DNA of 33,938 bases. Origin: Candidatus Woesearchaeota archaeon (GTDB lineage: Archaea; Nanobdellota; Nanobdellia; Woesearchaeales; JACPBO01). Made by a program: the position numbers and the translations under genes. Within the stretch, counting starts at the first letter, position 1, and each line of letters begins with the position of its first letter. Shown here in pieces: positions 25,017 through 33,938 of the stretch. The notes under the pieces are model-generated. The model ran no database searches. It was not told the DNA's origin and was given only the letters and a program-made list of their open reading frames with translations. The stretch is taken from assembly GCA_016180285.1 (NCBI GenBank), contig JACPBO010000006.1:1-33938 (forward strand), written 5' to 3'.

Positions 25017-26350
25017 ATAAGAAACACCATATATTTATTTTACTGGCAGTTTTCTTTGCTTTATTTTTGATCCTTAATTTCATTGACCCTGTTCTTCTCT
25101 GGGATGAGAATGTTTATCTTGGAAATGCAAGAAGCCATATTGCGCAGTCAAACTTTACAGAGGATTTCAGGTTTCCATTATTGGAATATATTATTGCCTT
25201 TTTCTGGTTTTTTACAGGAGAAAGCATTTTTGCTGCAAAGCTGATTATACTATTTTTCACATTGGCAACGATATATGTTTTCTATCTGATTGCCCAAGAG
25301 AATTTTGAGCATAAGCATGCGCTTTTTATAACAGCACTCTTCTCCATATCGCCTTTAATGATCGAATGGGGATCTAAGGTCTATACTGAAATACCTGCAT
25401 TGTTCTTTTTAGTCCTCTCCTTTTATTTCATATTGAAGCAAAAAAACCACTTTATTCTGATTGCGGGCATCTTAAGCGGCCTTTCATTTCTGGCAAAATT
25501 CCCAAATGCTCTTTTTGGCCTTGCAGTCGCAGCCTTTTTTATTTTTTTCAAGGAATATAAGAAGCTAATTTATTTTTCAATAGGCAGCATCATAGCATTA
25601 CTGCCCTGGCTGATTTACAATTTTATCACTTACAAAAACCCCTTATGGGATTTAATGATGCAGATGTCTGTCATAGCTCAGTATACTGTAAATGAGCCAA
25701 TAATGCTGCAGATAGCAAATTTCTTTGTTGTGATGGCAGCGCTTTCTGTATTCTTGCCTTTTGGCATTTACCCTCTGATTAGAAAGAGAAAAGAAAATTG
25801 GATAGTGATATTTTACACAATTGTTTTCTTTGCATATTATTTATTCTTTGTAAGGCTGAAGTTTTCAAGGTATTACCTTGCTGATCTGGCTTTTTTATAC
25901 ATTATATGCTATGCGGGATTTTTATTTTTAATGAAACAAATCAAAGATATCCAGTATAGAAGATTTTTTTATGCTGCAATAATAACTTTTGCCATTTTAA
26001 CAGCCATTCTTTTCGGTTTTAATAGAATCCAGGCTCATGGGAATTGCGAAAAGGACGGCGCAATAATCCAGAGCACAGATTACATCAAAAGATATGCTCC
26101 AGAAGACCAATACATAATAAGCAATTTCTGGCCATGGTTCGGGTATTACGGCAATTTCAGGATACAGTCGATATGGAGCGAAGACATTAATATTCTTATT
26201 GATACTTTTAAACCCAGCTATTTTGTTTACAATAATTTAGTTGGCGTGCCGTTTAACAGGATGATGCTGGATGAAAACGGCAGGTTAAAATTAGAAAAGC
26301 ATATAGAGGGGAAGTGCGGCCAGGAAGTATATATTTACAGGGTTCTATAG
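25013..26350 (+). CDS. GT-C (PMT_2/ArnT-like) membrane glycosyltransferase
   Basis: WDE after TM1, R.PL, multiple TMs, FLAK and RY motifs. Coupled to the Dpm1-like gene. Confidence 0.82.
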   Translation: MNKKHHIFILLAVFFALFLILNFIDPVLLWDENVYLGNARSHIAQSNFTEDFRFPLLEYIIAFFWFFTGESIFAAKLIILFFTLATIYVFYLIAQENFEHKHALFITALFSISPLMIEWGSKVYTEIPALFFLVLSFYFILKQKNHFILIAGILSGLSFLAKFPNALFGLAVAAFFIFFKEYKKLIYFSIGSIIALLPWLIYNFITYKNPLWDLMMQMSVIAQYTVNEPIMLQIANFFVVMAALSVFLPFGIYPLIRKRKENWIVIFYTIVFFAYYLFFVRLKFSRYYLADLAFLYIICYAGFLFLMKQIKDIQYRRFFYAAIITFAILTAILFGFNRIQAHGNCEKDGAIIQSTDYIKRYAPEDQYIISNFWPWFGYYGNFRIQSIWSEDINILIDTFKPSYFVYNNLVGVPFNRMMLDENGRLKLEKHIEGKCGQEVYIYRVL

Positions 26351-26965
26351 TAAGTTGTCTATCTCATCGCTTGCCTTGAAACCATTATAAGCAACATCAT
26401 TGATTATCAAGCTTGGGGCTGTTTTTATCCCATATTTTCTTTTAATTGCATTGATCGCAGAATTGTCTATGTTTATGTCGAACGAGTAAATGCTCATGTC
26501 TGGATATTTTTTATGCAGATAATTCAAGACAAATCCCTGCTCTTCGCATTTATCGCAGTCCTTGTAATTTGAATAAAAGTAAAGAATCAGCGTATTGTTT
26601 TGCCTGCACTTCTCGCTTGTCTTTTTCATATAGAGCCAATGCCTTATTTCCAGCAGAGAGTAATATTCCTTAAGGCGCATTACATCCCTGTTGTTTTTTC
26701 CGAGCTGGTTTTCCATATAGTCTAATTTTGAGCCTATTTGGTAGAGGTCATCAGTAAGCGGAGTTGAGTTTATCCATTTGCACGGATCCTCGCTGACAAG
26801 CAAGTACTCGATTTCAACTGCCATTGTGTCTACTCTCATGTCCTGCTCAAGGTCGCCTAGCTTTGAAAGCTTTGTATCTGCAGTCTTTGCGCCTATTATC
26901 AGGCCAATTAAAAATATCAGAGTAGTTGCCGCAAAAACAAAAAAATACCTGGATTTTGATTTCAT
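26345..26965 (-). CDS. Membrane-anchored thioredoxin-fold protein
   Basis: N-terminal TM, YFYS...CDKC (CxxC) and cis-Pro-like APSLIIN. Confidence 0.75.
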   Translation of the reverse strand: MKSKSRYFFVFAATTLIFLIGLIIGAKTADTKLSKLGDLEQDMRVDTMAVEIEYLLVSEDPCKWINSTPLTDDLYQIGSKLDYMENQLGKNNRDVMRLKEYYSLLEIRHWLYMKKTSEKCRQNNTLILYFYSNYKDCDKCEEQGFVLNYLHKKYPDMSIYSFDINIDNSAINAIKRKYGIKTAPSLIINDVAYNGFKASDEIDNLL

Positions 26966-28203
26966 CTTGTGTCTTTATGCCTCCAGATTACTTTTTTCCC
27001 GGATAGCTTGTAAAAAATAGCAGTAAGCCACCATACTCCGAATAAAACCCAATAAAACAGCAAATAAGACACATAGGAAAATTTTATCTTAGACGTCTCT
27101 TTAGAGATCTTCTTTGCCATAACAATCATGCATATGCCTATTGCCAGGCACAATATGGAGAGCACGGCAACTGAGTTAAAATTCACAAAAAATGGGTCAA
27201 AATGAAAATCAAAAAGCCTTGAAAAGTCAAAATTTATTGAGCTAAGATTTTTATAGTTTTGTATGAGTGTTCTGGTGATGAATCGGAATATTGTGTAGAA
27301 AAGAACAACAATGACGAGAGCAACTGAGATGAATGCTGCAGGCAGGATGAAAATGCCAAGATTGCTGTATTTTCTGCTGAATAGGTGCTTGTATTGCAGC
27401 ACATTTTCCATAAATCCATAATACCACCTTAATCTTTGCTTTAAAAGGCCTGTAAATGATGGCGGTGTAAGCGTATAAACTATGGCATCAGCTGCATTCT
27501 CTATTTTGAATTTCCTGCTTTTTATCCTTAAAGCGATTTCTATGTCTTCTGTCAGATTATTTTCGTCATAGCCGCCATACTTGTCAAAAAATTCCTTTCT
27601 GAATATGCTGAAAGGTCCGGGAGCAACATGGATGGAATCCAGAATGGCAAATATCTTTCTTAGGAAGATGCCTACGAGATACTCTATTAACTGGATTCTC
27701 TGCAGAAAATTTTTCGGCTTATAGACTTTTAACGAAGGCGTCACTGACATCACATCCTGGTCTTCAAAATAGCCAAGCATTTTTTTGAGCGCATTACTGG
27801 CCACAAAAGAATCTGCGTCCAAGGCAGCTACAAATTCACCCGCGCACCTTTCCAACCCGAAATTAAGGGCAGAGCCCTTGCCGCCATTCTTTTTTGTAAA
27901 TACTATCACATTTGGCTCTTTAATGGATTTTGCAGCTTTAAGCGTGCCATCTGTGCTGCCGTCATCAACAACTATGATTTCGAGCTTGTCTTTAGGATAA
28001 TCCAGATTAAGCAGGGATTTTATTGTTTTCAATATGGTGGCTTCTTCATTGTAAGCAGGCACTATAACTGAAACCTTGGAGTATTCTTTTATTTTAGGGG
28101 TTTTAAGACTGTCTTTATTGTCAAGCAATGTTGAGAAGAAAAATATGGCAGTAAATAGGCCGAAGTAAGAGACCACATATATGAGCAGCGCATCAAAATT
28201 CAT
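26962..28203 (-). CDS. Processive GT2 (cellulose synthase/PgaC-like) glycosyltransferase
   Basis: PAYNEE, DDGSTD, DAD, TED and QRLRW motifs, with N- and C-terminal TMs. Confidence 0.92.
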   Translation of the reverse strand: MNFDALLIYVVSYFGLFTAIFFFSTLLDNKDSLKTPKIKEYSKVSVIVPAYNEEATILKTIKSLLNLDYPKDKLEIIVVDDGSTDGTLKAAKSIKEPNVIVFTKKNGGKGSALNFGLERCAGEFVAALDADSFVASNALKKMLGYFEDQDVMSVTPSLKVYKPKNFLQRIQLIEYLVGIFLRKIFAILDSIHVAPGPFSIFRKEFFDKYGGYDENNLTEDIEIALRIKSRKFKIENAADAIVYTLTPPSFTGLLKQRLRWYYGFMENVLQYKHLFSRKYSNLGIFILPAAFISVALVIVVLFYTIFRFITRTLIQNYKNLSSINFDFSRLFDFHFDPFFVNFNSVAVLSILCLAIGICMIVMAKKISKETSKIKFSYVSYLLFYWVLFGVWWLTAIFYKLSGKKVIWRHKDTR

Positions 28204-29636
28204 TTTAACCCTTTTTTATATTGCCATATCTCTATCGAACCCTCATCATAAATCTTTTCAAAAAACTCATTGTTTCTGAACAGGAAAAGCAGGCCTTCAT
28301 TTTCTTCATTCCAAACCTCGCCATTTTTCATATCAGGAGTTATCCATATGTAACTTACATCATATTTGTTTAAAAGCTTTGTTGTTCTCTCAAGATTTCT
28401 TGAATAAAATATTGTTTCTGTTTCATTATAGGCGAGCATCAGATTTGGCGTGAAATAAAAGTTTTTGTCCAGCACTGCTTTTTTGCCGTAATATTCTATC
28501 CAAAACCCGTTTTTATAATGTGAAAGGACAATATTGGCCGAATCATCATGGCCATTAAGCCATTCCAGGCTTTTAATCATCTCTTTAGTGGGAGGATATG
28601 CGCTTAACCTCGAAATAAAGGAAGTTGATGAAAACAGCAGGCCGCAGATTAAAATAAGGATTGTGAGATTTCTTATCAGCTTAAACTGCCATTTTGTTTT
28701 TGAAATGTACACCAAGCATAAGCCAGATGAAACTGCAACAAGGAAATTAATGTAGAACCTGAAAATATCTATGTAGAAAGAAAGGGCGAATGACATAATT
28801 GCAACAAGGTAAAAGAAGGAATAATGATAATCCTTTTTCCATGTTACAGCCAGGCCAGCCAAAGCAAGCAAAATGCCGAATATGCTCAGGCCTGTAAGAG
28901 AGCCGAAATCTGATACGAAGTTCTGCAGAAGATTCTGCCTTAAGCTTATGCTGCGCGGAACTCCAAAATTTATCAGAAGAGGCAGATAGATTACCAGGCT
29001 GATCACGATTATTATGGTTGCAACTATTGAAAAATCCCTTGCCTTTTTCTTATTCAACGAGATGTAAGGCAAAGTTATGAGCAGGGCAATAATTGCATGA
29101 AATATCCCGAAAAAAGGTATTGTGGCAAAAATCAGCCCGGATATGATAAAAGCCATTTTTCTGTCGTGGATGAAAAAGTAGAATGCAAGAAGATTTAAGA
29201 GCAGGGCAATAGCATCAGAGTTTGAAACAACAAACAAGTAGACAAATATCGGGGATATTATGAAAATGAGCAAAATATAAAATCTTTCCTTGAAATCAAT
29301 ATTTAGTTTTTTGAGAATCAGATAAAGCAGAATGACGCACAGAATGCCTGCTATAAATGGAATTATCTTTGAAGCATATTCCACATTGATGAAGGATAAC
29401 TTTGATAAAATCAGGTGATAGGGATTGAAAACATACGGCTTTGGCGAAAAAACCATATTGTCCTGCAAGGGTATGCCGTGTTCTGCAATTGTCAACGCCA
29501 TCCTTGATTCATAATAAGGCCTCATGCCAATCATTATATCATTGTAAAAAAAATGCCTGACAACATGAGGGAGCGCCAATATGAGAGCTACGGCTATTAA
29601 AAGCAGAAGCAAGGAATTTCTTTCTGTAAGCTTCAT
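28200..29636 (-). CDS. Polytopic GT-C/STT3-like membrane protein
   Basis: About 10 TMs, then a soluble domain (LEWLN...VLSHYKNGFWIEY...LNKYDVSYI). ATG 29636 has a GGAGG RBS. Confidence 0.65.
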   Translation of the reverse strand: MKLTERNSLLLLLIAVALILALPHVVRHFFYNDIMIGMRPYYESRMALTIAEHGIPLQDNMVFSPKPYVFNPYHLILSKLSFINVEYASKIIPFIAGILCVILLYLILKKLNIDFKERFYILLIFIISPIFVYLFVVSNSDAIALLLNLLAFYFFIHDRKMAFIISGLIFATIPFFGIFHAIIALLITLPYISLNKKKARDFSIVATIIIVISLVIYLPLLINFGVPRSISLRQNLLQNFVSDFGSLTGLSIFGILLALAGLAVTWKKDYHYSFFYLVAIMSFALSFYIDIFRFYINFLVAVSSGLCLVYISKTKWQFKLIRNLTILILICGLLFSSTSFISRLSAYPPTKEMIKSLEWLNGHDDSANIVLSHYKNGFWIEYYGKKAVLDKNFYFTPNLMLAYNETETIFYSRNLERTTKLLNKYDVSYIWITPDMKNGEVWNEENEGLLFLFRNNEFFEKIYDEGSIEIWQYKKGLK

Positions 29637-31132
29637 TTTTCCTCCACTGCGCATAACGGCATATAGATCTGCACAGACTGATTATAAACCAGCTCGAAGC
29701 ACCGTTCTTCTATGAAATTTAAATCTTTTATTTTGAACTCGTTTTTTGCTTCTTCTGAAAAAAGCATGTAATTGACCTTGTACTTGTTTAAAAGCTCCAA
29801 TGCAGTTATTTCTGAGTTCGTAGTAAACATGCTCTTTACATCATCAAATATTTCAGCGCTGTTTTTGACCATCAGAAAATTTGTATCAATAACGTTTTTT
29901 CTTTTTGAAATCGCATTAATCATTGTTCCTTCGTTTACTGATGCCAGAATTACGCTGCCTTCAGGAGTATTGGACTTCAGCCATAAAAAGGCATTTATTT
30001 CATCTGCGCTTGGAGCATTTTTAATTTCTGAATAAGCGTATGACAGGGAAGGTATTACTGAAGATACCACGAGCAGGAATACAACTGAAAGAAACATGTA
30101 ATTCTCATATTTTGCAAATTTTGTTTTTTCAATGTATCCGATAAAATCTTTGTAAAACTGGCTGAATAAAACAAGCAATGTAACGCTTAAAAAAATCAGC
30201 CCTATGTCGAGCTGTATAGACCTCAGCCATAACAGGAGAGAAACTGAAATTGCAAATGCTGTAAGCAGGTATATCTGCCTGTTTTTCTCCTTTAAAAGAT
30301 ACCTGTATATAATATAGACGCCGCAAATGAAGGGAATTACGCCTATTTTGTAAATTGCTTCAAGCATATTAACGCTTACAAAGTAATTCCTTAAAAGCTG
30401 CGCAGGTATGTTCTGCCATATTATGTTTATGCCGTGCATTAAAAGAGCTTTTTTGAAGAAGATGAAATAAAACCAAAATGCAAAGAACGATGAAAAAAGA
30501 GAGATTTCCAGCTCAGACCTGCTCAATTTCGTCCTTTCAATCAGCATGAAAATCAGGTAAATAACGAGAGCAAATATAAATAAAAGCATTGTTGGATAGA
30601 GAAAAGTCAGCAGCACCATGAGAAAAAGATAATGGGGCAGGTATTTCTTATTATCAGTAACCTGCATAAAGAAATAAAATGCAAGGAACAGCAGCGGAAT
30701 AATAAAAGAATATACTGAAATGCTGTTTATTGTCTGCCTGAAAAATATCGGGATGAAGCCAGATATAAATGCAGTCAGCAATGACACTTTATTGTTTTTT
30801 GTGAATTTCTTTGCTAAAAGGAAAACTACAAAAACAAGGCATGCTGCAGCTATGTTCGGAATCAGCTTTGCAGCAAGGGTTAATGGCATAAAAATAGCAA
30901 AAAAGGCAATTATGTAATGGAATGTAGGCAGGTAAATATTTGTTTTTCCGGAAAAGCTGAGATCATCATGGAATGACGGCAAGCCGGTTTGCCCTATTTT
31001 TCCAATCTCCTTTAAGTTGAAATATGCTTCGCTTGATGAGAAATAAGGCGTGGAGAATGCAAAAAACAGCCTGGTGCCTAATACAATGAGAAAGATGGCA
31101 ACCAATACCCAAACATGCTTCTTTATCTCCAT
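29633..31132 (-). CDS. Polytopic GT-C/STT3-like membrane protein (paralog of the downstream gene)
   Basis: Same layout: TMs, then AFLWLKSNTPEGSVILAS..EG..I..ISKRKNVID...LLNKYKVNY. Confidence 0.68.
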   Translation of the reverse strand: MEIKKHVWVLVAIFLIVLGTRLFFAFSTPYFSSSEAYFNLKEIGKIGQTGLPSFHDDLSFSGKTNIYLPTFHYIIAFFAIFMPLTLAAKLIPNIAAACLVFVVFLLAKKFTKNNKVSLLTAFISGFIPIFFRQTINSISVYSFIIPLLFLAFYFFMQVTDNKKYLPHYLFLMVLLTFLYPTMLLFIFALVIYLIFMLIERTKLSRSELEISLFSSFFAFWFYFIFFKKALLMHGINIIWQNIPAQLLRNYFVSVNMLEAIYKIGVIPFICGVYIIYRYLLKEKNRQIYLLTAFAISVSLLLWLRSIQLDIGLIFLSVTLLVLFSQFYKDFIGYIEKTKFAKYENYMFLSVVFLLVVSSVIPSLSYAYSEIKNAPSADEINAFLWLKSNTPEGSVILASVNEGTMINAISKRKNVIDTNFLMVKNSAEIFDDVKSMFTTNSEITALELLNKYKVNYMLFSEEAKNEFKIKDLNFIEERCFELVYNQSVQIYMPLCAVEEK

Positions 31133-31259
31133 ATATCGTATAGGTGAGCCTTACTTTAAATAATTTTAGAAAATGTACTGATTATTGACCACTATTGCCT
31201 CTGATTTTACAGTTACAAATCCGATAAGATGGTCGGATACATTTCTGTAAACAAAGCGG

Positions 31260-31907
31260 TCAGGCACCCTTATATAGTCTCTGGACCAATGGATCAAACT
31301 GATCACAAGTAAATGGTTTTCCTATATAATCAGATGCACCTGCCTTTAGTGCCTTTTCCTTAACATTGCTAGCACTCATCATAATAATTGGCACTTTTTG
31401 GTTGAACTTTCTTATTTCTTCAATGGCTTCTAACCCATTCATACCGGGCATACTATTATCGGTTATTATCAGGCCATAGTCGCTTTGTTTTACTCGTTGC
31501 AAAAGGTCAATGCCATTTTCCACATATTCTACTTTTGCAGGGTATACGGCGGTAATTTCCCTAAGGCCAATTTCACAGCTGCGTCTTACTCCTAAATCGT
31601 CATCTGCTACTATAATTGGTTTCATGGATGACCTATACGCAGCATTGTATAATTGTACAACCTTCTTTTCAAAAGCAGACCTTATTCTTCTAAAATCTTC
31701 CTCGCTGTTTACAGCATCAAATATCATGTTATGCATCAGACGTGAAAATATATGGGAATAAGGAGCAGGCACAAAAAGCTCTTCACTGCCATATTCGCTA
31801 AAAAAACTAAGTGAATATGTTCTTCTGCCTGGAAAATCAGCGTCACTAATATACGTTCTTAACTCCAAATAACCCTCTCCTATTGTTTTTCTTCTTAATA
31901 TTCCCAT
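31260..31907 (-). CDS. Response regulator with a C-terminal receiver domain and an unknown N-terminal domain
   Basis: IIVADDD, IITDNSMPGMNG, IIMMS and GASDYIGKPF receiver motifs. Confidence 0.88.
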   Translation of the reverse strand: MGILRRKTIGEGYLELRTYISDADFPGRRTYSLSFFSEYGSEELFVPAPYSHIFSRLMHNMIFDAVNSEEDFRRIRSAFEKKVVQLYNAAYRSSMKPIIVADDDLGVRRSCEIGLREITAVYPAKVEYVENGIDLLQRVKQSDYGLIITDNSMPGMNGLEAIEEIRKFNQKVPIIMMSASNVKEKALKAGASDYIGKPFTCDQFDPLVQRLYKGA

Positions 31908-32010
31908 TTTAATTACCTTGCAAGAAATACAATCTAGTTTAAAAACCTTTGTTGTCTATAAATAAACTACAATAGAAAAATTTATAAATAACAGCAAATC
32001 AGTTTAAGCT

Positions 32011-32751
32011 ATGGAAAAAGAAGCCCTGATCAAAATAGGATTAAGCAACAGGGAAGCAGAAGCATACATTACCTTGCTCCAACTAGAAGAAGCATTGGCA
32101 TCGGAAATATCGGAAAGAACAAGGGAATCCAGGTCGAATGTTTATGATACCTTGAAGTCTTTGATGAACAAAGGACTTGTTTCTTATGCGATTAGAAATA
32201 ATAAAAAGTATTTCAGAGCTACTTCCCCGAATAAGCTAATAGATTTTTTAAAAGAAAAAGAGCAGGATTTACAATCAATACTGCCAAATTTATTGGCTTT
32301 GCACAGGCCAAGAAAAAAGAAAGCCGTTGTTGAAGTTTATGAAGGCGTTGAAGGAATGAAAACAATATTATTAGACATAATAAGGACGGGCAAAGACTGG
32401 CTTGGAACATCTACAGGCGGCTCAGTTAAGATTATGCCGAAACATTTCATGGAGAAAATCCACAATATGCGCGAAAAAAAGAAAATTACCTTAAGATGCT
32501 TATGCAACAAGACAAAACAAGCAATCAATAGGTGGAAACCTTATGTTGGAAGGCCCTATTTTGAAATAAGATACATTCCAGAGAAATTTCAAAGCCCAGC
32601 TACAATGTATGTATATGGCAACAAATTGGTGATTCTCATGTGGTTGGAAAAAGAGCTTCCTTTAGCGATTTCTATCCAAAGTGATGGCATCTCAAAAAGC
32701 TTTATGAAATATTTTAAATGGCTCTGGAGTATTGCAGATAAGAAAGCTTAA
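32011..32751 (+). CDS. TrmB-family transcriptional regulator
   Basis: GLSNREAEAYITLL...RSNVYDTLKSLMNKGLV, VEVYEG.EG and YGNK motifs. GAAAAATTTATAAATA lies ~20-35 bp upstream. Confidence 0.9.
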   Translation: MEKEALIKIGLSNREAEAYITLLQLEEALASEISERTRESRSNVYDTLKSLMNKGLVSYAIRNNKKYFRATSPNKLIDFLKEKEQDLQSILPNLLALHRPRKKKAVVEVYEGVEGMKTILLDIIRTGKDWLGTSTGGSVKIMPKHFMEKIHNMREKKKITLRCLCNKTKQAINRWKPYVGRPYFEIRYIPEKFQSPATMYVYGNKLVILMWLEKELPLAISIQSDGISKSFMKYFKWLWSIADKKA

Positions 32752-32798
32752 GCAGTAATTTTAGAAAAATATATATAAAGCGCTGAAAATCAAGGCTT

Positions 32799-33740
32799 AT
32801 GAAGACCGTGCTTGTAACCGGCGGAGCAGGATTTGTAGGAAGCCATATAGCTGATTTATTGATTGAAAAAGGCTATAAGGTTGCAGTGGCTGATAATCTG
32901 TCGAATGGCTTTAAGGAAAATCTGAATAAAAAAGCAGTTTTCTATAATGTTGATATTCTTGATGATAAGAAATTAGATGAAGTTTTCAGCAGGGAAAAGC
33001 CGGATTTCGTAATTCATCAGGCTGCCCAGGTAAGCGTAAGGAAATCAATGGAAGACCCGATTTTTGATGCCCGCGTTAATATGATCGGAAGCGCCAATGT
33101 GTTCCTGCTTTGCAGGAAATATAAAATAAAAAAAGTTGTTTATGCCGGCTCCGGGGGGGCAAGATATGGAGAGCCGAAATACCTGCCATGCGATGAGAAG
33201 CACCCGTGTCTGCCGATTTCACCTTACGGAGTTTCAAAATATACTGCTGAGCATTTGCTGAGGGTTTTTTGCAGTGATGCGGGAATTGATTATGCTGCGT
33301 TATGCTACTCCAATGTTTACGGCCCAAGGCAGGATCCGAATGGAGAAGCAGGTGTTGTTGCTATTTTTTTGAATAATCTGCTCAAAGGAAAAGAATGCGT
33401 TATAAATGGCGATGGGGAGCAGACAAGAGATTTTGTTTATGTGAAAGATATTGCAAAAGCCAATTTAATGGCGCTTGAACAAAATACAAAAGAGAAAATT
33501 TTCAATATCGGAACAGGAAAAGAAACATCTGTTAATGAGCTTTTTAATGCGATAAAGAAGCTTCTTGGCAAAGATGCAAAAGCAGGGCATGGGGCAGCAA
33601 TTTCAGGAGAAGTGCACAGGATATACCTCGATGCCAGGCTTGCTGAAAAAGAGCTTGGATGGAAAGCAGAGCATGATCTGGAGAAAGGCTTGAAGGAGAC
33701 TGTTGAGTGGTTTAAGGGCAAATTTTCTACTCTTAAATAA
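32799..33740 (+). CDS. galE: UDP-glucose 4-epimerase-type extended SDR
   Basis: VTGGAGFVGSH, AAQVSVRKS, PYGVSK, NVYGPRQDPNGEAGVV and GDGEQTRDFVYV motifs. Confidence 0.88.
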   Translation: MKTVLVTGGAGFVGSHIADLLIEKGYKVAVADNLSNGFKENLNKKAVFYNVDILDDKKLDEVFSREKPDFVIHQAAQVSVRKSMEDPIFDARVNMIGSANVFLLCRKYKIKKVVYAGSGGARYGEPKYLPCDEKHPCLPISPYGVSKYTAEHLLRVFCSDAGIDYAALCYSNVYGPRQDPNGEAGVVAIFLNNLLKGKECVINGDGEQTRDFVYVKDIAKANLMALEQNTKEKIFNIGTGKETSVNELFNAIKKLLGKDAKAGHGAAISGEVHRIYLDARLAEKELGWKAEHDLEKGLKETVEWFKGKFSTLK

Positions 33741-33776
33741 TTAAATATTTATAGAAGCACGTATTTCTAATTGTCT

Positions 33777-33938
33777 ATGGGGTCAACGCATAATTTTGTA
33801 GATAAAAATGGAATTTTTATTCCACAGATGGGCTCGATTGGGGGGAAAAGCGGAGGCTTAGTCAGATCCTTAGACATGCTTGGTGATGTTGGTTACAAAG
33901 CCCCCCCATCAATATTAATCCCGGCAGAAAGTCTTGAT
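33777..33938 (+). CDS. 5' fragment of a gene, possibly a PEP synthase/PPDK N-terminal (PEP/pyruvate-binding) domain
   Basis: Open to the window end: MGSTHNFVDKNGIFIPQMGSIGGKSGGL...GYKAPPSILIPAESLD. IGGK..GL resembles PPDK_N. TATTTATA lies upstream. Confidence 0.5.
   Translation, partial: MGSTHNFVDKNGIFIPQMGSIGGKSGGLVRSLDMLGDVGYKAPPSILIPAESLD

Noticed and set aside
1544..33721. Numerous 60-110 aa ORFs antisense to or nested within long genes
   Set aside because: They are shadow ORFs of well-supported genes, with no motifs or independent expression signals.

Overview
Almost the whole window looks like an AT-rich archaeal chromosome, most likely DPANN/Woesearchaeota-like. This is inferred from the gene content (aMBF1, AK6/Fap7-type kinase, TrmB, tandem Lrp, archaeal GlmU, stand-alone 5S rRNA) and from BRE/TATA promoters with many apparently leaderless starts. 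The theme is nucleotide-sugar supply and surface glycosylation (GDP-sugar dehydratase/reductase, NTP transferases, Ugd, glmU-glmS-yvcK, Dpm1-like GT2, GT-C proteins, GalE). A defence patch sits around the 5S rRNA (wHTH/RelE-like TA, Fic, BglII-type R-M) and there is a separate HEPN-MNT pair. The first ~270 bp are bacterial (rpsU plus a YbeY-like N-terminus) fused in frame to an archaeal Lrp gene, probably an assembly chimera. The most unusual signal is a set of small multi-hairpin palindromic elements. One is a 147-bp TGTC...GACA double hairpin inserted exactly in frame in glmU (49 extra residues). Two are covarying copies of a ~110-bp three-stem element, each between a sugar-nucleotide operon and a divergent regulator. 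A fourth is a double hairpin with IS200/IS605-like inner stems next to the 5S rRNA. All calls come from reading the sequence by eye; no searches were run.
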